Virus record (IMG/VR): IMGVR_UViG_3300012952_000026
Span: 1-55,764 of that record
Length of the DNA: 55,764 nt
Source of the DNA: a virus
Taxonomy: Duplodnaviria; Caudoviricetes
Direction: 5' to 3' (one strand)
Made by a program: the position numbers and the translations under genes. The notes beneath the pieces were generated by a model. The model was given only the letters and a program-made list of their open reading frames with translations, ran no database searches and was not told the DNA's origin. Position 1 is the first letter of the stretch; every line of letters begins with the position of its first letter. This document shows, piece after piece, positions 10,101-19,330 of the stretch.

Positions 10101-10285
10101 TGAATCAGATCAATGAGCTCTGGTGATATCCCCTGTGTCTTAGAGTGTACAATATCACCACCAATATAGATAATATCTGGTTTTATTTCACGTGCCATTT
10201 CGTTCATTTTTTCAAATGACGCTCTATATTCTTTATGCCTACTCAGGCCCCTAATGTGAATATCTGCTGTATGTAATATTTTCAT
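7145..10285 (-). CDS. Mre11-Rad50 (SbcD-SbcC; T4 gp47-gp46-like) fusion protein
   Basis: Metallophosphoesterase motifs DIH, GGD, GNHD, HG and GDIH, followed in the same frame by Walker A GPNRSGKSS, Q-loop, coiled coil, signature LASGME, Walker B LIIDEGFG and H-loop IISH. Confidence 0.93.
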   Translation of the reverse strand: MKILHTADIHIRGLSRHKEYRASFEKMNEMAREIKPDIIYIGGDIVHSKTQGISPELIDLIQWWFTSLAEIAPTHIILGNHDGLIKNKDRQDAITPIVNALNNPNIFLYKESGNFPVAGYEDKFVWNNFSCFDEAKWDDIEPEEDKINIALFHGAVRGSKTDTDWTIEGEVDISFFDKFDFALLGDIHQRQIVDDYGRVRYPGSLIQQNYGENTGKGFLVWDIKDKDDFSVKYHELEHTRPFVTIDWQNNVKDTIDVARGFPNGSRFRIRSDKAIAQSDIIHLHSELKHEKEAAEIVYKIEEDFEAPQIIDKEAPTSYNLRDSSVHSTLFKKFYKNSDLDSKKTESLDKLITRSLSSLSKSDEISRNAKWNIHSVDFNNTFSYGKDNSINFDKLRGIIGIFGPNRSGKSSIIGTMMYGLFNTTDRGPIKNVHIINSRKGSCDVTTQFSVNGKRYKTTRTSTKSESKKGVVTARTDLTLDLVDAAGNVSKDMDGEQRRETEVILRNLIGTSEDFLMTSLASQGGMNNFIGEKATRRKMILTKFLDLDIFDGMQKFAKTELDEVNTLMKDVPDRDWDVVLYSLNEDLKDEKSLIKNLESELSKKRHTLQTLQIELNKLDDSCGVTQHDVNNQQDNVNKLNEKIKRINGLIESRNNEIKTIQSKIDKIELFKENFPYEQLNLQIKEMSENEKTLLQLTGDLKHQNEILNRKEKSINKLSEVPCGDSFPTCKFIKDSFKDKASIQEQLEFVNELQKILDATQRTHNEFVSKKLDEKLEKYNEVLRKESTNRVELANEKACLAAKTLELSSAEDALIQANLLLEKLKRECKTSDVSDETKQLKTKISTLNTEISDVDAKRMHAAQNIGRIENEISSLNEEREKYSDLKNRWEIYKLFINAVSKKGIPLQIIMSQLPNINNEISKILQNTVGFTVELEADPNTNAMDIYINYGDSKRIIELASGMEKMIASLAIRVALINVSSLPKTNMLIIDEGFGALDEMNVEMCGRLLTSLKQYFKNIIIISHVDAVKDIVDNIIEITSDKNNSHVSQK

Positions 10286-11145
10286 TGAACTATTCTCCGC
10301 TGTGTAGAAAACGAATCTACAGTGCTGCTAATAATTTTCTTTTTTGATTTTTTTCCAATTGTTATTATTTCTAGTGTAGTAAATTGTCTATTACTATTTG
10401 ATGTAACTGAATTAAATGGTTTATTCTTTTTTAATTTTATAAATTTAGGCGATGTTATTTTTTCTTTTTCTATTTTTCCAAATATTGTTGCAACGGCTCT
10501 TTTGTTGTTCTTTATAATAAATGTTAATTTTTTATTGACATTTTCATTTTCTATTGTTATATTGCACACTTTTTTTAGACTTCCATCAATTAATTGAAAA
10601 CACCTAAAATATTTTTGTTTGTTATTTATAAAAAATGATTTTATAATAACATCGTGTTTATCGTTATTTAATGTAAACCAATCACCGTCGTATTCATTAG
10701 AACTTTGTTGCGATATTTTATATGTTGATTCACTTGGTTTAATAATAAAATTATTGATATCATCTATATCATTTATGCATGTAAACTCTTGAATATTTAA
10801 TATTTCTTTATTTTTATCAATATATGAAATCCTTTCATGCAATGGCTTAGTATAAATTATTTTTTCATCATAAATTAATGAATCTATTATTGTTATATCA
10901 TTATCAGGTGATATTATAGAAAGATATGCTGTATTGTTTGGAATTTCATCTGGCATGTCTGGAATATTTTTAAAATTTATTCCAATCCTTGTTTTAAAAT
11001 ATGTTTTATTATTAAATTTATAAAAAATGCCAAGTGTGCCTGGTAGTTTTTTATGTGCTAAAAGACTATCTTTGTCATATATTTTTAATAATTCATCTAA
11101 ATTATTTATTTTTTGTGTCCTCATTAGAGAAAAATTATCAAACAT
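10282..11145 (-). CDS. Degenerate ATP-dependent DNA ligase-fold protein (probably catalytically inactive)
   Basis: Colinear relics of ligase motifs: SLMRT, HKKLPGT, KTRIG, IIDSLIYD..KPLHER, FIIKPSESTY, DWFTL, DVII and SPKFIKLKKNK. AAGGA RBS before ATG 11145; ATGA overlap with the Mre11-Rad50 start. Confidence 0.65.
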   Translation of the reverse strand: MFDNFSLMRTQKINNLDELLKIYDKDSLLAHKKLPGTLGIFYKFNNKTYFKTRIGINFKNIPDMPDEIPNNTAYLSIISPDNDITIIDSLIYDEKIIYTKPLHERISYIDKNKEILNIQEFTCINDIDDINNFIIKPSESTYKISQQSSNEYDGDWFTLNNDKHDVIIKSFFINNKQKYFRCFQLIDGSLKKVCNITIENENVNKKLTFIIKNNKRAVATIFGKIEKEKITSPKFIKLKKNKPFNSVTSNSNRQFTTLEIITIGKKSKKKIISSTVDSFSTQRRIVQ

Positions 11146-11155
11146 ATGTTGTTCC

Positions 11156-12106
11156 TTAAAAAATTGATCCACTTTTAATGTTGTTTATTATAAAACTCAT
11201 TCTATCGTTTCGTACCCATGGCTTTGCTTTAGATCTTGCTTCTTCAAATTGTTGTTTTGTCATTTCACCTACATCATCATAATTACCCAAGTCAAGAACC
11301 CTTATGTCTATATTGTACTCGCTTAATAGTTTTGCTATTTTATGTGTTTTATGTGGCATATCTGAATCAAGTGCTAATAATATTGGTGTTTTATGCTTTA
11401 TTATCTCCTGAAAAAGTAGCCCATCTTCTGGTAAAGCTGAACCCAATATTGCAGTTGCGTTTTCATTACATCTCATTAAATCAAATGGCCCTTCAACTAA
11501 TGTTAGTTCTTTTGACCAATCAATGTTGATATGATTAAATATTATTGTCTTTTTGGGAATCTTTGCATTTAAGTATTTTATAAAAGAATCATCATCTATT
11601 GAGCGAGCCGCAAAAAAATTAAGTTCACCTGCATTATCAAATGAAGGCATAAAAATTCTCCGCCTAAATCTGCCTGACGTATATGTTCCTAATTTATAGT
11701 ACCAAATATCAGCTATTGATATATTCCGCCTAGAAAGATAAAAACGAGCAGCTTTTATATCTGGATCCTCTAGTTGCCTCTTTTTTCCTAAAAATGAAAA
11801 ACCCTTTGGTAATTCTAATTTTTGCTCTTCTGCAACTTCTTCATGTGTTATTTTTTTACCAAGGATTTTTGATGTATATTCATCTACTTTTGCTGGATAA
11901 TATTTTTTTAAAATGCCTAAAAGATTTTTGCCCTTAAAGCCGCAAACCCAGCATTGAAACATATCACTTTGTAAATTAATTGATAGTTTTTTCTTTCTTT
12001 TATCTGCACACTTAGGGCAGGGCACTGTAATATCCGTTGATGATATTATACTAGCTTGCCCAAATGTGCGTTGAATAAAATCTATTTTTTGCTTTTCAGA
12101 ATACAA
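11156..12106 (-). CDS. DNA primase (zinc-binding domain plus TOPRIM)
   Basis: CPKC...CWVC zinc motif, YLSRRNI, RRIFMP, KYLN, VEGPFD, ALDSD and DVGEM; TTG start. Confidence 0.9.
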   Translation of the reverse strand: MYSEKQKIDFIQRTFGQASIISSTDITVPCPKCADKRKKKLSINLQSDMFQCWVCGFKGKNLLGILKKYYPAKVDEYTSKILGKKITHEEVAEEQKLELPKGFSFLGKKRQLEDPDIKAARFYLSRRNISIADIWYYKLGTYTSGRFRRRIFMPSFDNAGELNFFAARSIDDDSFIKYLNAKIPKKTIIFNHINIDWSKELTLVEGPFDLMRCNENATAILGSALPEDGLLFQEIIKHKTPILLALDSDMPHKTHKIAKLLSEYNIDIRVLDLGNYDDVGEMTKQQFEEARSKAKPWVRNDRMSFIINNIKSGSIF

Positions 12107-12134
12107 ACAGTTCTTTAACCTTGAATATATTAAT

Positions 12135-12163
12135 ATTTTATATAATATATTTTATTTGTTCAA
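12135..12163 (-). promoter_or_regulatory. Putative sigma70-type promoter TTGAAC-N17-TAAAAT for the primase operon
   Basis: Near-consensus -35 and -10 boxes with 17-nt spacing, directly upstream of the primase. Confidence 0.45.
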
Positions 12164-12700
12164 TGTTTTATGCCCTGCTTTTGCTATCACATATGCATCT
12201 GCAACATCGTAGCATCCGGGATCGTATATTTCTAAACCTTTTCTTGGCCCAGATTTTAATGTCTTCATTTGCCATGAATATCCACCAAGGTCAGCGTCTA
12301 CCCATTCAAGTACTTTTTCTTTCGTTGTTTTTGATTTATCTTTTTTATTTATCTTTAAATTTATTAGCTTGCGAGCCATATTAACATTTAAAAATTCTGG
12401 CTCGATTCCTAAAATTTGATATGACAATAATGTTACCATTCCATTAAAACGAGCAAGTGTTATTAGCACTTTTGCAGAAGACAAACCAGGCCTAAACATT
12501 TGTAAGTTTTCTTCTATAAAAATATGCGATATATCATATTTTTTACGTATGCTTTTTAGCTCATCAATGACCCTCTCAGTCTTCTGGAGGGTACTGTTTA
12601 TCTTACCTAATGGAATACATGCCTGTTCTATTAGTGTACCATCCAGTGACAATAGAGACCACCCTGTTGATGATGTGGATATATCTAAGCCAAGAATCAT
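12152..12700 (-). CDS. RuvC-like Holliday junction resolvase
   Basis: RNase H-fold acidic motifs ILGLDIS..TGW, IFIEE and DVADAYVIA. Confidence 0.82.
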   Translation of the reverse strand: MILGLDISTSSTGWSLLSLDGTLIEQACIPLGKINSTLQKTERVIDELKSIRKKYDISHIFIEENLQMFRPGLSSAKVLITLARFNGMVTLLSYQILGIEPEFLNVNMARKLINLKINKKDKSKTTKEKVLEWVDADLGGYSWQMKTLKSGPRKGLEIYDPGCYDVADAYVIAKAGHKTLNK

Positions 12701-12703
12701 AGC

Positions 12704-15208
12704 TTACCAATCCATCTTTGTCCTAAATACATACTCATCTTCGTCTTTTTTCTTAATAGGCTGTGTAAGGTTTGTTCTCATTATAACATTTAAATTCTCA
12801 TCATGATAATTTATTCCTGTAATATATACAAAACTATTGTCAGGATTATTTGCGTCAAATGATGCAGAAACTGGAAGATATGATGGATTTGTTGATTTAT
12901 TTATTTGCCCAGCTTTTGCCTTTGCATCTACAGTCATAATATGCAGATTTTGAGATCCTTTAAAAGTTAATTCATGCTGATCAATTCCAAAAAATGGTAT
13001 TGTTGGTGCCTTAACTATAGCGATTCCTTCTTCATAAAATATATTTCCAACATTACTCCAAGTAGCTTGTTTTGTCAAACAGTCAGCCCTGTATAGTGAT
13101 CCACGACCATTGTCTTTTAATACCATTGATACTTTTCCATCAGATCCAGTAAGAGCAGAATCATACATCATAAATGTATCTGGCTCAATTTGGTTACCAT
13201 ATGTTAAATTTGATATATCAAATATAGTTATTTCATTTGATGAATTATCACGGGTACGCTGAAATATTGTTAAAACAGCGCCTGGTGATACACCTGGATT
13301 CTCAGGTGATACACCCATAATCTGTGATGCTAGTGATGATTTTGATGTTTGAATTAATCCTGGAAATAATGAATCCATTGGAAGCAGATTGTCAATTGAC
13401 ACTTTGCTAATATCTACGTTTCCTAATTGATTTTTAAATTTATCTTGAGAATACTCTTCAAGGTGAGAATAAGTAGGGTTAAATAGTCCATTATCAGACG
13501 GAAGAATTGAAAGGTTTCTTTTTCTAAGCGAGCCTGTGGCATAAATAAATTCATTTGCTAGGCTTCCTGATGAAGTAGTTGAGCCGTCGGCTGATGTATC
13601 GCTATATGCAGTAGTATCCACATCTATGGTTGTTGTGTCGATTCTGCTTCCTGTTAGGTTAAAAAGCCTTGGATGAATTCCATGCCTAAATTCTTTTGTA
13701 AAATTCTCTAGGTTAAGCATAAAACCACCTACGCCAAATGACATAGACACATTAAAAGGATCATCAGTTGTTGTAGTTATTGTTTGAAATGGTGAAACAA
13801 GAACTTCTCTTTCGTTTGTCTCTTCTGCAAATGATGGTGGAAGATAAAACATTAGTGAACCAGACATATTAAAAGGTGTTGGATTTGTTGTTTCAAATCC
13901 GTCTACTTCAGATGTGCTTAAATGCCTTGAGTATAGTTTTAGTTCTTGTAATTCAGCCTGGAGAGGATGATCAAATGTCCAATCAAAAGCGTCAGCGTCT
14001 ATCCTGTCTGTAAAACTAGATTGTGGAAAATTTATAGATCCTACTGTTCCATCGTCACCCCATATTAATCCATCATCTATAAGAAATCCAGGAGATGTTC
14101 CTGCAAGTGGTGCATCACCCCAGAAAAAACGTTCAGTTCTATTGTCACCTGTGTTCGTTCCTTCATAAAAATTACCAATAAATAATATATCAATGTCACC
14201 TTTTCCAGCTGCTGAAAGCTCAGCTTCTGTTGGCGTCACTGTTGCTTCATTAACATTGAAATATGTCTCACTTGACTCATCAATGCGAATGCTACCACTT
14301 CCCATATTTACAACATTTGTTCCCCATCGTATGGAAACATGATGCCAATGATTGTGTTTAAGTGAATTGTCTTCAGATAAAAATGTTTTATCATATGTTC
14401 CAATTAATGAATGATTTATTTCTGACGGTGCTATCTCTGCATCTTCACCCATTTGAAGCATTATTCTGAATCCATTTGCTTTTCCGTTTTCGTCAGTTGA
14501 TGACCCAGAAACTAATGAGACAGCCAACGTCGATGATAAATGCAATATTGTCCCAGCCTTAAACTCAACAGAAGAATCTTCATTTTGATAGCGCGGATTA
14601 ATATAAAAATCAACAGAAAATGCACCATCTGGTACGTAGCGACCTCCATGATTTTCATCGCCTGGCCCAGGAGGTGTTGGAAACATTAAAACAGAATCAG
14701 AAGGAACATTATCAGATGTAAAAAAGTTCAATGAATTATAATTTGTAAACGTAAAGCCGCAGTGGTCATAATCTAAATTGTATGATGGCATTAGGTTGTT
14801 TCTAACTATGTTTTTTATCTCTGTATTCTCAGTGAAAAAGAATGGAGGATCAAACCGAAAAACGCCCATATCTTTGTCATTTCTTGGAGATAAATCACGC
14901 TCGTTAACAAGAGTCATATACTCTTCAATCATTGACTCTACATCAGTAAGTGATTCAGCAGATGCAGATGTTATTAATTCATATAAATGATATTCAAGGT
15001 TTTCAGGTGTCTCTTCGACTGCACCTGTTTCATCTTCTCCCTCACTACCAGACATTGGTTTATATACATCTTTTAATATCTTGTCTGGGCGGGGCTTTAC
15101 TTTAACCGTTCCAGTTTCACCAAGTGAAGATGATGCATACTTATAACTTGGATGAAGCTCAAGTGAAACTACATCTAAAAAATCTGGCGTAATTTTCACG
15201 AATGACAT
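12704..15208 (-). CDS. Virion tail/baseplate protein with LamG-like domain and tail-collar-like C-terminus
   Basis: HWHHVSIRW...LFIGN...ELKLYSRHLS (LamG-like); C-terminal YITGINYHDENLNVIMRTNLTQPIKK. Confidence 0.7.
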   Translation of the reverse strand: MSFVKITPDFLDVVSLELHPSYKYASSSLGETGTVKVKPRPDKILKDVYKPMSGSEGEDETGAVEETPENLEYHLYELITSASAESLTDVESMIEEYMTLVNERDLSPRNDKDMGVFRFDPPFFFTENTEIKNIVRNNLMPSYNLDYDHCGFTFTNYNSLNFFTSDNVPSDSVLMFPTPPGPGDENHGGRYVPDGAFSVDFYINPRYQNEDSSVEFKAGTILHLSSTLAVSLVSGSSTDENGKANGFRIMLQMGEDAEIAPSEINHSLIGTYDKTFLSEDNSLKHNHWHHVSIRWGTNVVNMGSGSIRIDESSETYFNVNEATVTPTEAELSAAGKGDIDILFIGNFYEGTNTGDNRTERFFWGDAPLAGTSPGFLIDDGLIWGDDGTVGSINFPQSSFTDRIDADAFDWTFDHPLQAELQELKLYSRHLSTSEVDGFETTNPTPFNMSGSLMFYLPPSFAEETNEREVLVSPFQTITTTTDDPFNVSMSFGVGGFMLNLENFTKEFRHGIHPRLFNLTGSRIDTTTIDVDTTAYSDTSADGSTTSSGSLANEFIYATGSLRKRNLSILPSDNGLFNPTYSHLEEYSQDKFKNQLGNVDISKVSIDNLLPMDSLFPGLIQTSKSSLASQIMGVSPENPGVSPGAVLTIFQRTRDNSSNEITIFDISNLTYGNQIEPDTFMMYDSALTGSDGKVSMVLKDNGRGSLYRADCLTKQATWSNVGNIFYEEGIAIVKAPTIPFFGIDQHELTFKGSQNLHIMTVDAKAKAGQINKSTNPSYLPVSASFDANNPDNSFVYITGINYHDENLNVIMRTNLTQPIKKKDEDEYVFRTKMDW

Positions 15209-15235
15209 GCTTCTTCCTTTACATAATTCTAATAA

Positions 15236-15242
15236 TAAATAT
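15236..15242 (-). promoter_or_regulatory. Putative late promoter motif ATATTTA
   Basis: Recurrent motif about 28 nt upstream of ATG 15208. Confidence 0.45.
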
Positions 15243-15270
15243 TATCTGGTTTGTTCTCCAGGAGATAAAA

Positions 15271-16812
15271 TTAGAAATCAAGTCTTACACGCAATGTCAA
15301 ATCTTTCTCATCGTTCTTTTCAATCGGCCTTGATAGCTTAGCGACAGCAAGAAGACTATTGTTTGCATCATATAGCCCGACTGAAGTAATAAAGGAAAAT
15401 GTTCTTTGTGTATTTTCACTACCTTCATCAATTACAACTATTCTATTATCTGCATCTGTAAACGTTGGGTTTGATGAATAATTAAACTCATCTGCAGTTG
15501 CACGACAGAATATAAGTGTTGAGTTTATGTTTGTAACATTTTGAAATGTCATTGCTGAATCTGAACTATCTCCAAACCTACATTGTGCAACATGATTTAA
15601 AATGTTATCAATAGAGCCTGAAACCATCAAATCAGGTATAAATGTTGCATCTGGGTTTGACAGTAGTGAGCCATGGAAACCATCAGTACTGGCATCGTCT
15701 GCACCCATAAACCGATTTGCACCTATAATAGTTTTTCCGTCCTGGAGGGATGCAGTGTCAAGAACTGTTGTGGTCGAATCATCCTCAGCAAACAATGTGC
15801 GTGAGCCTCCAGTTGCGTCTGTCAGTTCAGCTGTTACTGCGTCAATTGATCCTGATACGTGTTGGGCACCCATTAAAATTTTGGAAAGATCATATACAGC
15901 TATTCCGTGATCATAAAACATGAGGCCAACTGATTTTGTTGTGTCACTTGCCTTAACTATGTTTCCAACTGCACCACCTGGAGATGTCTGCTGTGAGGTT
16001 GAAGAGCCAATATCTGTAAAAATTTCAACAGCGTTTAGTGAAAGACCGTTGATATTCTCTGTTCCTGATACTGTATTTGGCGTCCCAGCTGTTGCATCGT
16101 ACACACCATCGCCGTCGCCGTCGGTTGTATCACCACCTGTATATACACCATGAAGCATTGGTGGATCTTCATTCCACGGATCTAAAATATCTGGAACTAC
16201 TGAGCCGTCATAATCAGTGTCAAACCCTGCACTGTCATATACTGCCTCAGAATAAAACTTCATTGCATATGTTTCGCGTTTTATTGCATCACGCGCAAAA
16301 AGTCGCTTATAACAAACAAAAAATGCGCAATCTATTCCGTTAGATGAATCTGTATCTCCATACGGAGCTGTAAATTTACCATCGGCATCATTTAATAATA
16401 ATTGTGCAAACTGCCTGTATATGTTTATTTTTTCACGCATCATAAGCGTATTGCTTGCAAACGACAGTTTTCCAGCATCATCTTCTGCCAGATGCAATGG
16501 TGTGCGCAATCCAGTACTTGTGTCTAATTCACCAGCTTCTGTCATAACGTATTCACGGTTCATACCTACTGTCATATCAAATACTGGATTTGCAGTTTGC
16601 AATGTAAAATCTTGATCATATACAGTTTGAAACAAAGATGATGTAACACCCGGCGCAACTGATGCTTCGTCGCTACTTCCTGTAACAAATACTTGATATG
16701 ATTGTCTAGTTGTTGACCCAGAAATGTCTTCTTGTATTACATCAACCAATTGATTTAAAAATGATCTGCTTGTTGTAATATCAGCAGATGATATTTCTTT
16801 AAATGTCGCCAT
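15271..16812 (-). CDS. Virion tail/baseplate protein with tail-collar-like C-terminus
   Basis: C-terminal EFNYSSNPTF...FITSVGLYDANNSLLAVAKLSRPIEK, paralogous to the end of 12704..15208; acidic, with a DGDGDG motif. Confidence 0.7.
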   Translation of the reverse strand: MATFKEISSADITTSRSFLNQLVDVIQEDISGSTTRQSYQVFVTGSSDEASVAPGVTSSLFQTVYDQDFTLQTANPVFDMTVGMNREYVMTEAGELDTSTGLRTPLHLAEDDAGKLSFASNTLMMREKINIYRQFAQLLLNDADGKFTAPYGDTDSSNGIDCAFFVCYKRLFARDAIKRETYAMKFYSEAVYDSAGFDTDYDGSVVPDILDPWNEDPPMLHGVYTGGDTTDGDGDGVYDATAGTPNTVSGTENINGLSLNAVEIFTDIGSSTSQQTSPGGAVGNIVKASDTTKSVGLMFYDHGIAVYDLSKILMGAQHVSGSIDAVTAELTDATGGSRTLFAEDDSTTTVLDTASLQDGKTIIGANRFMGADDASTDGFHGSLLSNPDATFIPDLMVSGSIDNILNHVAQCRFGDSSDSAMTFQNVTNINSTLIFCRATADEFNYSSNPTFTDADNRIVVIDEGSENTQRTFSFITSVGLYDANNSLLAVAKLSRPIEKNDEKDLTLRVRLDF

Positions 16813-16842
16813 TTTTTTGTTTTCCTATAACTTTTATTTTAT

Positions 16843-17547
16843 TTAACTTGTAGTTGAGTTTGAAATTGTTACTTCAAATTGAAACTCTGTACCGTCTTGC
16901 AGTCCCTGAACCGACACATATGTTGAAATTGATGTTCCAGTACCATAATAATTAAACATTGTAGCGCTGAGTGTTGATTTAAGATTCAGTGCCAACGAAA
17001 GAACTGAACCGCCTGATGTTGGGTCAAGTGTCGAATCTTTTACAAGTAGGTATGTTGCAATGTTATTTGATGATATACTTTCTGGAACATCATTTGTCAC
17101 CTCTAAAAACATATTATCAACTGACACACGGTAAACATGGTTAACTAATTCATCTGGAACTGTTACTGTGTCACTAATAGATTGTGTTAGCGATGTTGAA
17201 ATAGTTGTTACACCGCTAAGACTTAGTGCAAATGTTGTTATGTCTGAATTTGTGAAAGAAATCTTAGGATAATGCGTTAGTGTCTTATTTGATATGCTTG
17301 TAAGGCGGTTTCCTTGTGCGAGATAACCTGTTGTTAATGCCTCAAGCACTGGAGTGTTCTTTTCTATTTTTTCTTTTCCAACATTTCTGCCATATTGAGA
17401 AATTATACTGTAGTCAACTTCTTCATCTGACAGTGCAAACTTAACAATTGAAAATGAACCATCATTTCTTGCTAGCAATTCGCGACCTTTGTCGGTAAGA
17501 ACAGCATCTAACATAATGTCATTTGTGTCGTGTCTTAAAAATCCCAT
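16843..17547 (-). CDS. Virion tail/baseplate protein with tail-collar-like N-terminus
   Basis: N-terminal LDAVLTDKGRELLA...IVKFALSDEEVDY; Ser/Thr-rich beta-type C-terminus. Confidence 0.7.
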   Translation of the reverse strand: MGFLRHDTNDIMLDAVLTDKGRELLARNDGSFSIVKFALSDEEVDYSIISQYGRNVGKEKIEKNTPVLEALTTGYLAQGNRLTSISNKTLTHYPKISFTNSDITTFALSLSGVTTISTSLTQSISDTVTVPDELVNHVYRVSVDNMFLEVTNDVPESISSNNIATYLLVKDSTLDPTSGGSVLSLALNLKSTLSATMFNYYGTGTSISTYVSVQGLQDGTEFQFEVTISNSTTS

Positions 17548-17560
17548 TACTCATCCCGTT

Positions 17561-17586
17561 TAAATATAAATATACCACTTAAATAT
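17561..17586 (-). promoter_or_regulatory. Three copies of the putative late promoter motif ATATTTA
   Basis: Plus-strand TAAATAT at 17561, 17567 and 17580, upstream of ATG 17547. Confidence 0.5.
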
Positions 17587-17618
17587 TATCTGTGTAAATT
17601 AACATTTATATTATTTCC

Positions 17619-19328
17619 TTATTTTTCATCAACGTAAAAGTCAAAAGATGCCATCTCCTGCAAATCTGTGTTAATTATCTGTATTTTATATTTATTTGTC
17701 TCACCGGTTTTTATTATATCTATTTCAGATTTATTACCATCAGGCAACGTTTTTATTATTGATTTATATTCTGGATTAAAGAAAATCCTAACATTATTAT
17801 AGTTGCTATGTTTTATAACGTCTGGAAATGTATCGTTCTCTAAATAAATATTGGGATAAGGCTTTGGAGCACCTGGTCTTGAAATATAAACAGATTTCAT
17901 TCTATTCTTAAACCTATCATAAGATACTTGAAACTGCGCTGAATATCCTGATGTTAATCCTCTTGCATCAATTGATGCCAATGCATAAATATACTTAGAG
18001 TTTATATTAAATTCTGTGTCAATAAACGATAGTTTTGGATTACGGCTTCTTTTTACATTATTTCTGTTTCCAGATGCTGGTGACCTTGCTTTAATTGTTG
18101 AATCATCAAAATTAAATTCACGAAGCAACTCAAAAGGCTCTTTTACGCTTTTTCTTCTATAAACTTGAAATCGTTTTATGTCACGTTGCGGATTTAAAGG
18201 AAAATTCCATGAAACAAGCAGTGAGTCTGTTTTGTAATCAAACTTAAATAATAAATTTTCAGGAGGCTTTGGTGGAATTTTTTCATCACATAAAACATCT
18301 GAAATTTTTGAACCAGATGATGCTATTAATGCTGTGGCTTTCACTCTTATTTTTTTGCCTTTTCTTGTCGGTATTGATGTTGCTTCAAAAACTGACGCTG
18401 AAATTGTTCTTATTTGGTACCTATACATTCCGCCATATCTTACATTCCTGTCAATAATAGAAGATCTATTCATTCCTTGAACTATTATTGGATCCATTTT
18501 TCTTGCGCTTCCATTTTTAAGCACTTCGTATTTCTCTATGATATATCCAACTATCCATGACTTTGGTGCAACTTTTTCATTTTCTTCAAGCTTGCGCTGA
18601 CCAACAATAACGATATGCTGATCTTCATCAGAATCACTTGGGTGAACAAGTGTTGGTTTTGAATCTGTAAACTTTTCAAGAAATTCGTCAGCGTATGGTG
18701 TTGTAGCATCATTTTTCATATCAGCCGCTATAAACGCTACATTTTCACTTGAAAAATATGAGCCAAGAGAAAGATCCCTAACATCATTAAATGTTGGTGT
18801 CATTATTACACTGTCGATGTCTGACCTTGCTGCACGAGAACCTCTAGGTTGTGCTATCTCAATATTTGTAAAAATCTCACTTAAAAATGCATCATCATTT
18901 TCTTCATCTTGATTCATTAATGCTAGTTTTGCAATTGGTGAATTTGCTACATATTCACCCCAAGTTTCATTAAAAATAGCTGTGCTAAATTTATAAAATG
19001 ACTTTTCAACATTTTTATCTTGAAATTGAAAACCAATAAAATTTTTATTGTTTATATTGTCTTCGTCTATTAGTCTTTTTTTATGCCTTCTTATTGATAT
19101 GTACCTTTCATTATGTGGGATTTGATGAGGAGTAAATTTAATTGTAACAAATCTTGAAAAATTATCAATTTGATTTCTTGTAAGTTTTTTTGTATTTCTT
19201 ATCGCCCTATATCTATCAGATATATTTTCACGCTCATCTCTTTCGAAAAAATTATATGTAAATGTAGTTGTTACATCTTGAACTTCTGGTACAAAAATAA
19301 ACCTTGCTTCTTTGGATTTTAAACTCAT
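17619..19328 (-). CDS. Putative structural protein with fibronectin type III-like domains
   Basis: PPKPPENL...LLVSWNFP...FQVYRR...FIDTE...KYIYALASID, plus GYIIEKYE...IIDRNVRYGGMYRYQIRTI. Confidence 0.65.
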   Translation of the reverse strand: MSLKSKEARFIFVPEVQDVTTTFTYNFFERDERENISDRYRAIRNTKKLTRNQIDNFSRFVTIKFTPHQIPHNERYISIRRHKKRLIDEDNINNKNFIGFQFQDKNVEKSFYKFSTAIFNETWGEYVANSPIAKLALMNQDEENDDAFLSEIFTNIEIAQPRGSRAARSDIDSVIMTPTFNDVRDLSLGSYFSSENVAFIAADMKNDATTPYADEFLEKFTDSKPTLVHPSDSDEDQHIVIVGQRKLEENEKVAPKSWIVGYIIEKYEVLKNGSARKMDPIIVQGMNRSSIIDRNVRYGGMYRYQIRTISASVFEATSIPTRKGKKIRVKATALIASSGSKISDVLCDEKIPPKPPENLLFKFDYKTDSLLVSWNFPLNPQRDIKRFQVYRRKSVKEPFELLREFNFDDSTIKARSPASGNRNNVKRSRNPKLSFIDTEFNINSKYIYALASIDARGLTSGYSAQFQVSYDRFKNRMKSVYISRPGAPKPYPNIYLENDTFPDVIKHSNYNNVRIFFNPEYKSIIKTLPDGNKSEIDIIKTGETNKYKIQIINTDLQEMASFDFYVDEK

Positions 19329-19330
19329 TA

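Noticed and set aside
7145-12700. Giant eukaryotic virus origin, suggested by the Mre11-Rad50 fusion and RuvC-like resolvase
   Set aside because: The portal, terminase, prohead protease, baseplate genes, sigma factor, Shine-Dalgarno sites and tmRNA all indicate a bacteriophage.
15242-15268. Possible hairpin or terminator TTATCT...AGATAA
   Set aside because: The stem is short and AT-rich with an irregular interior, too weak to call.
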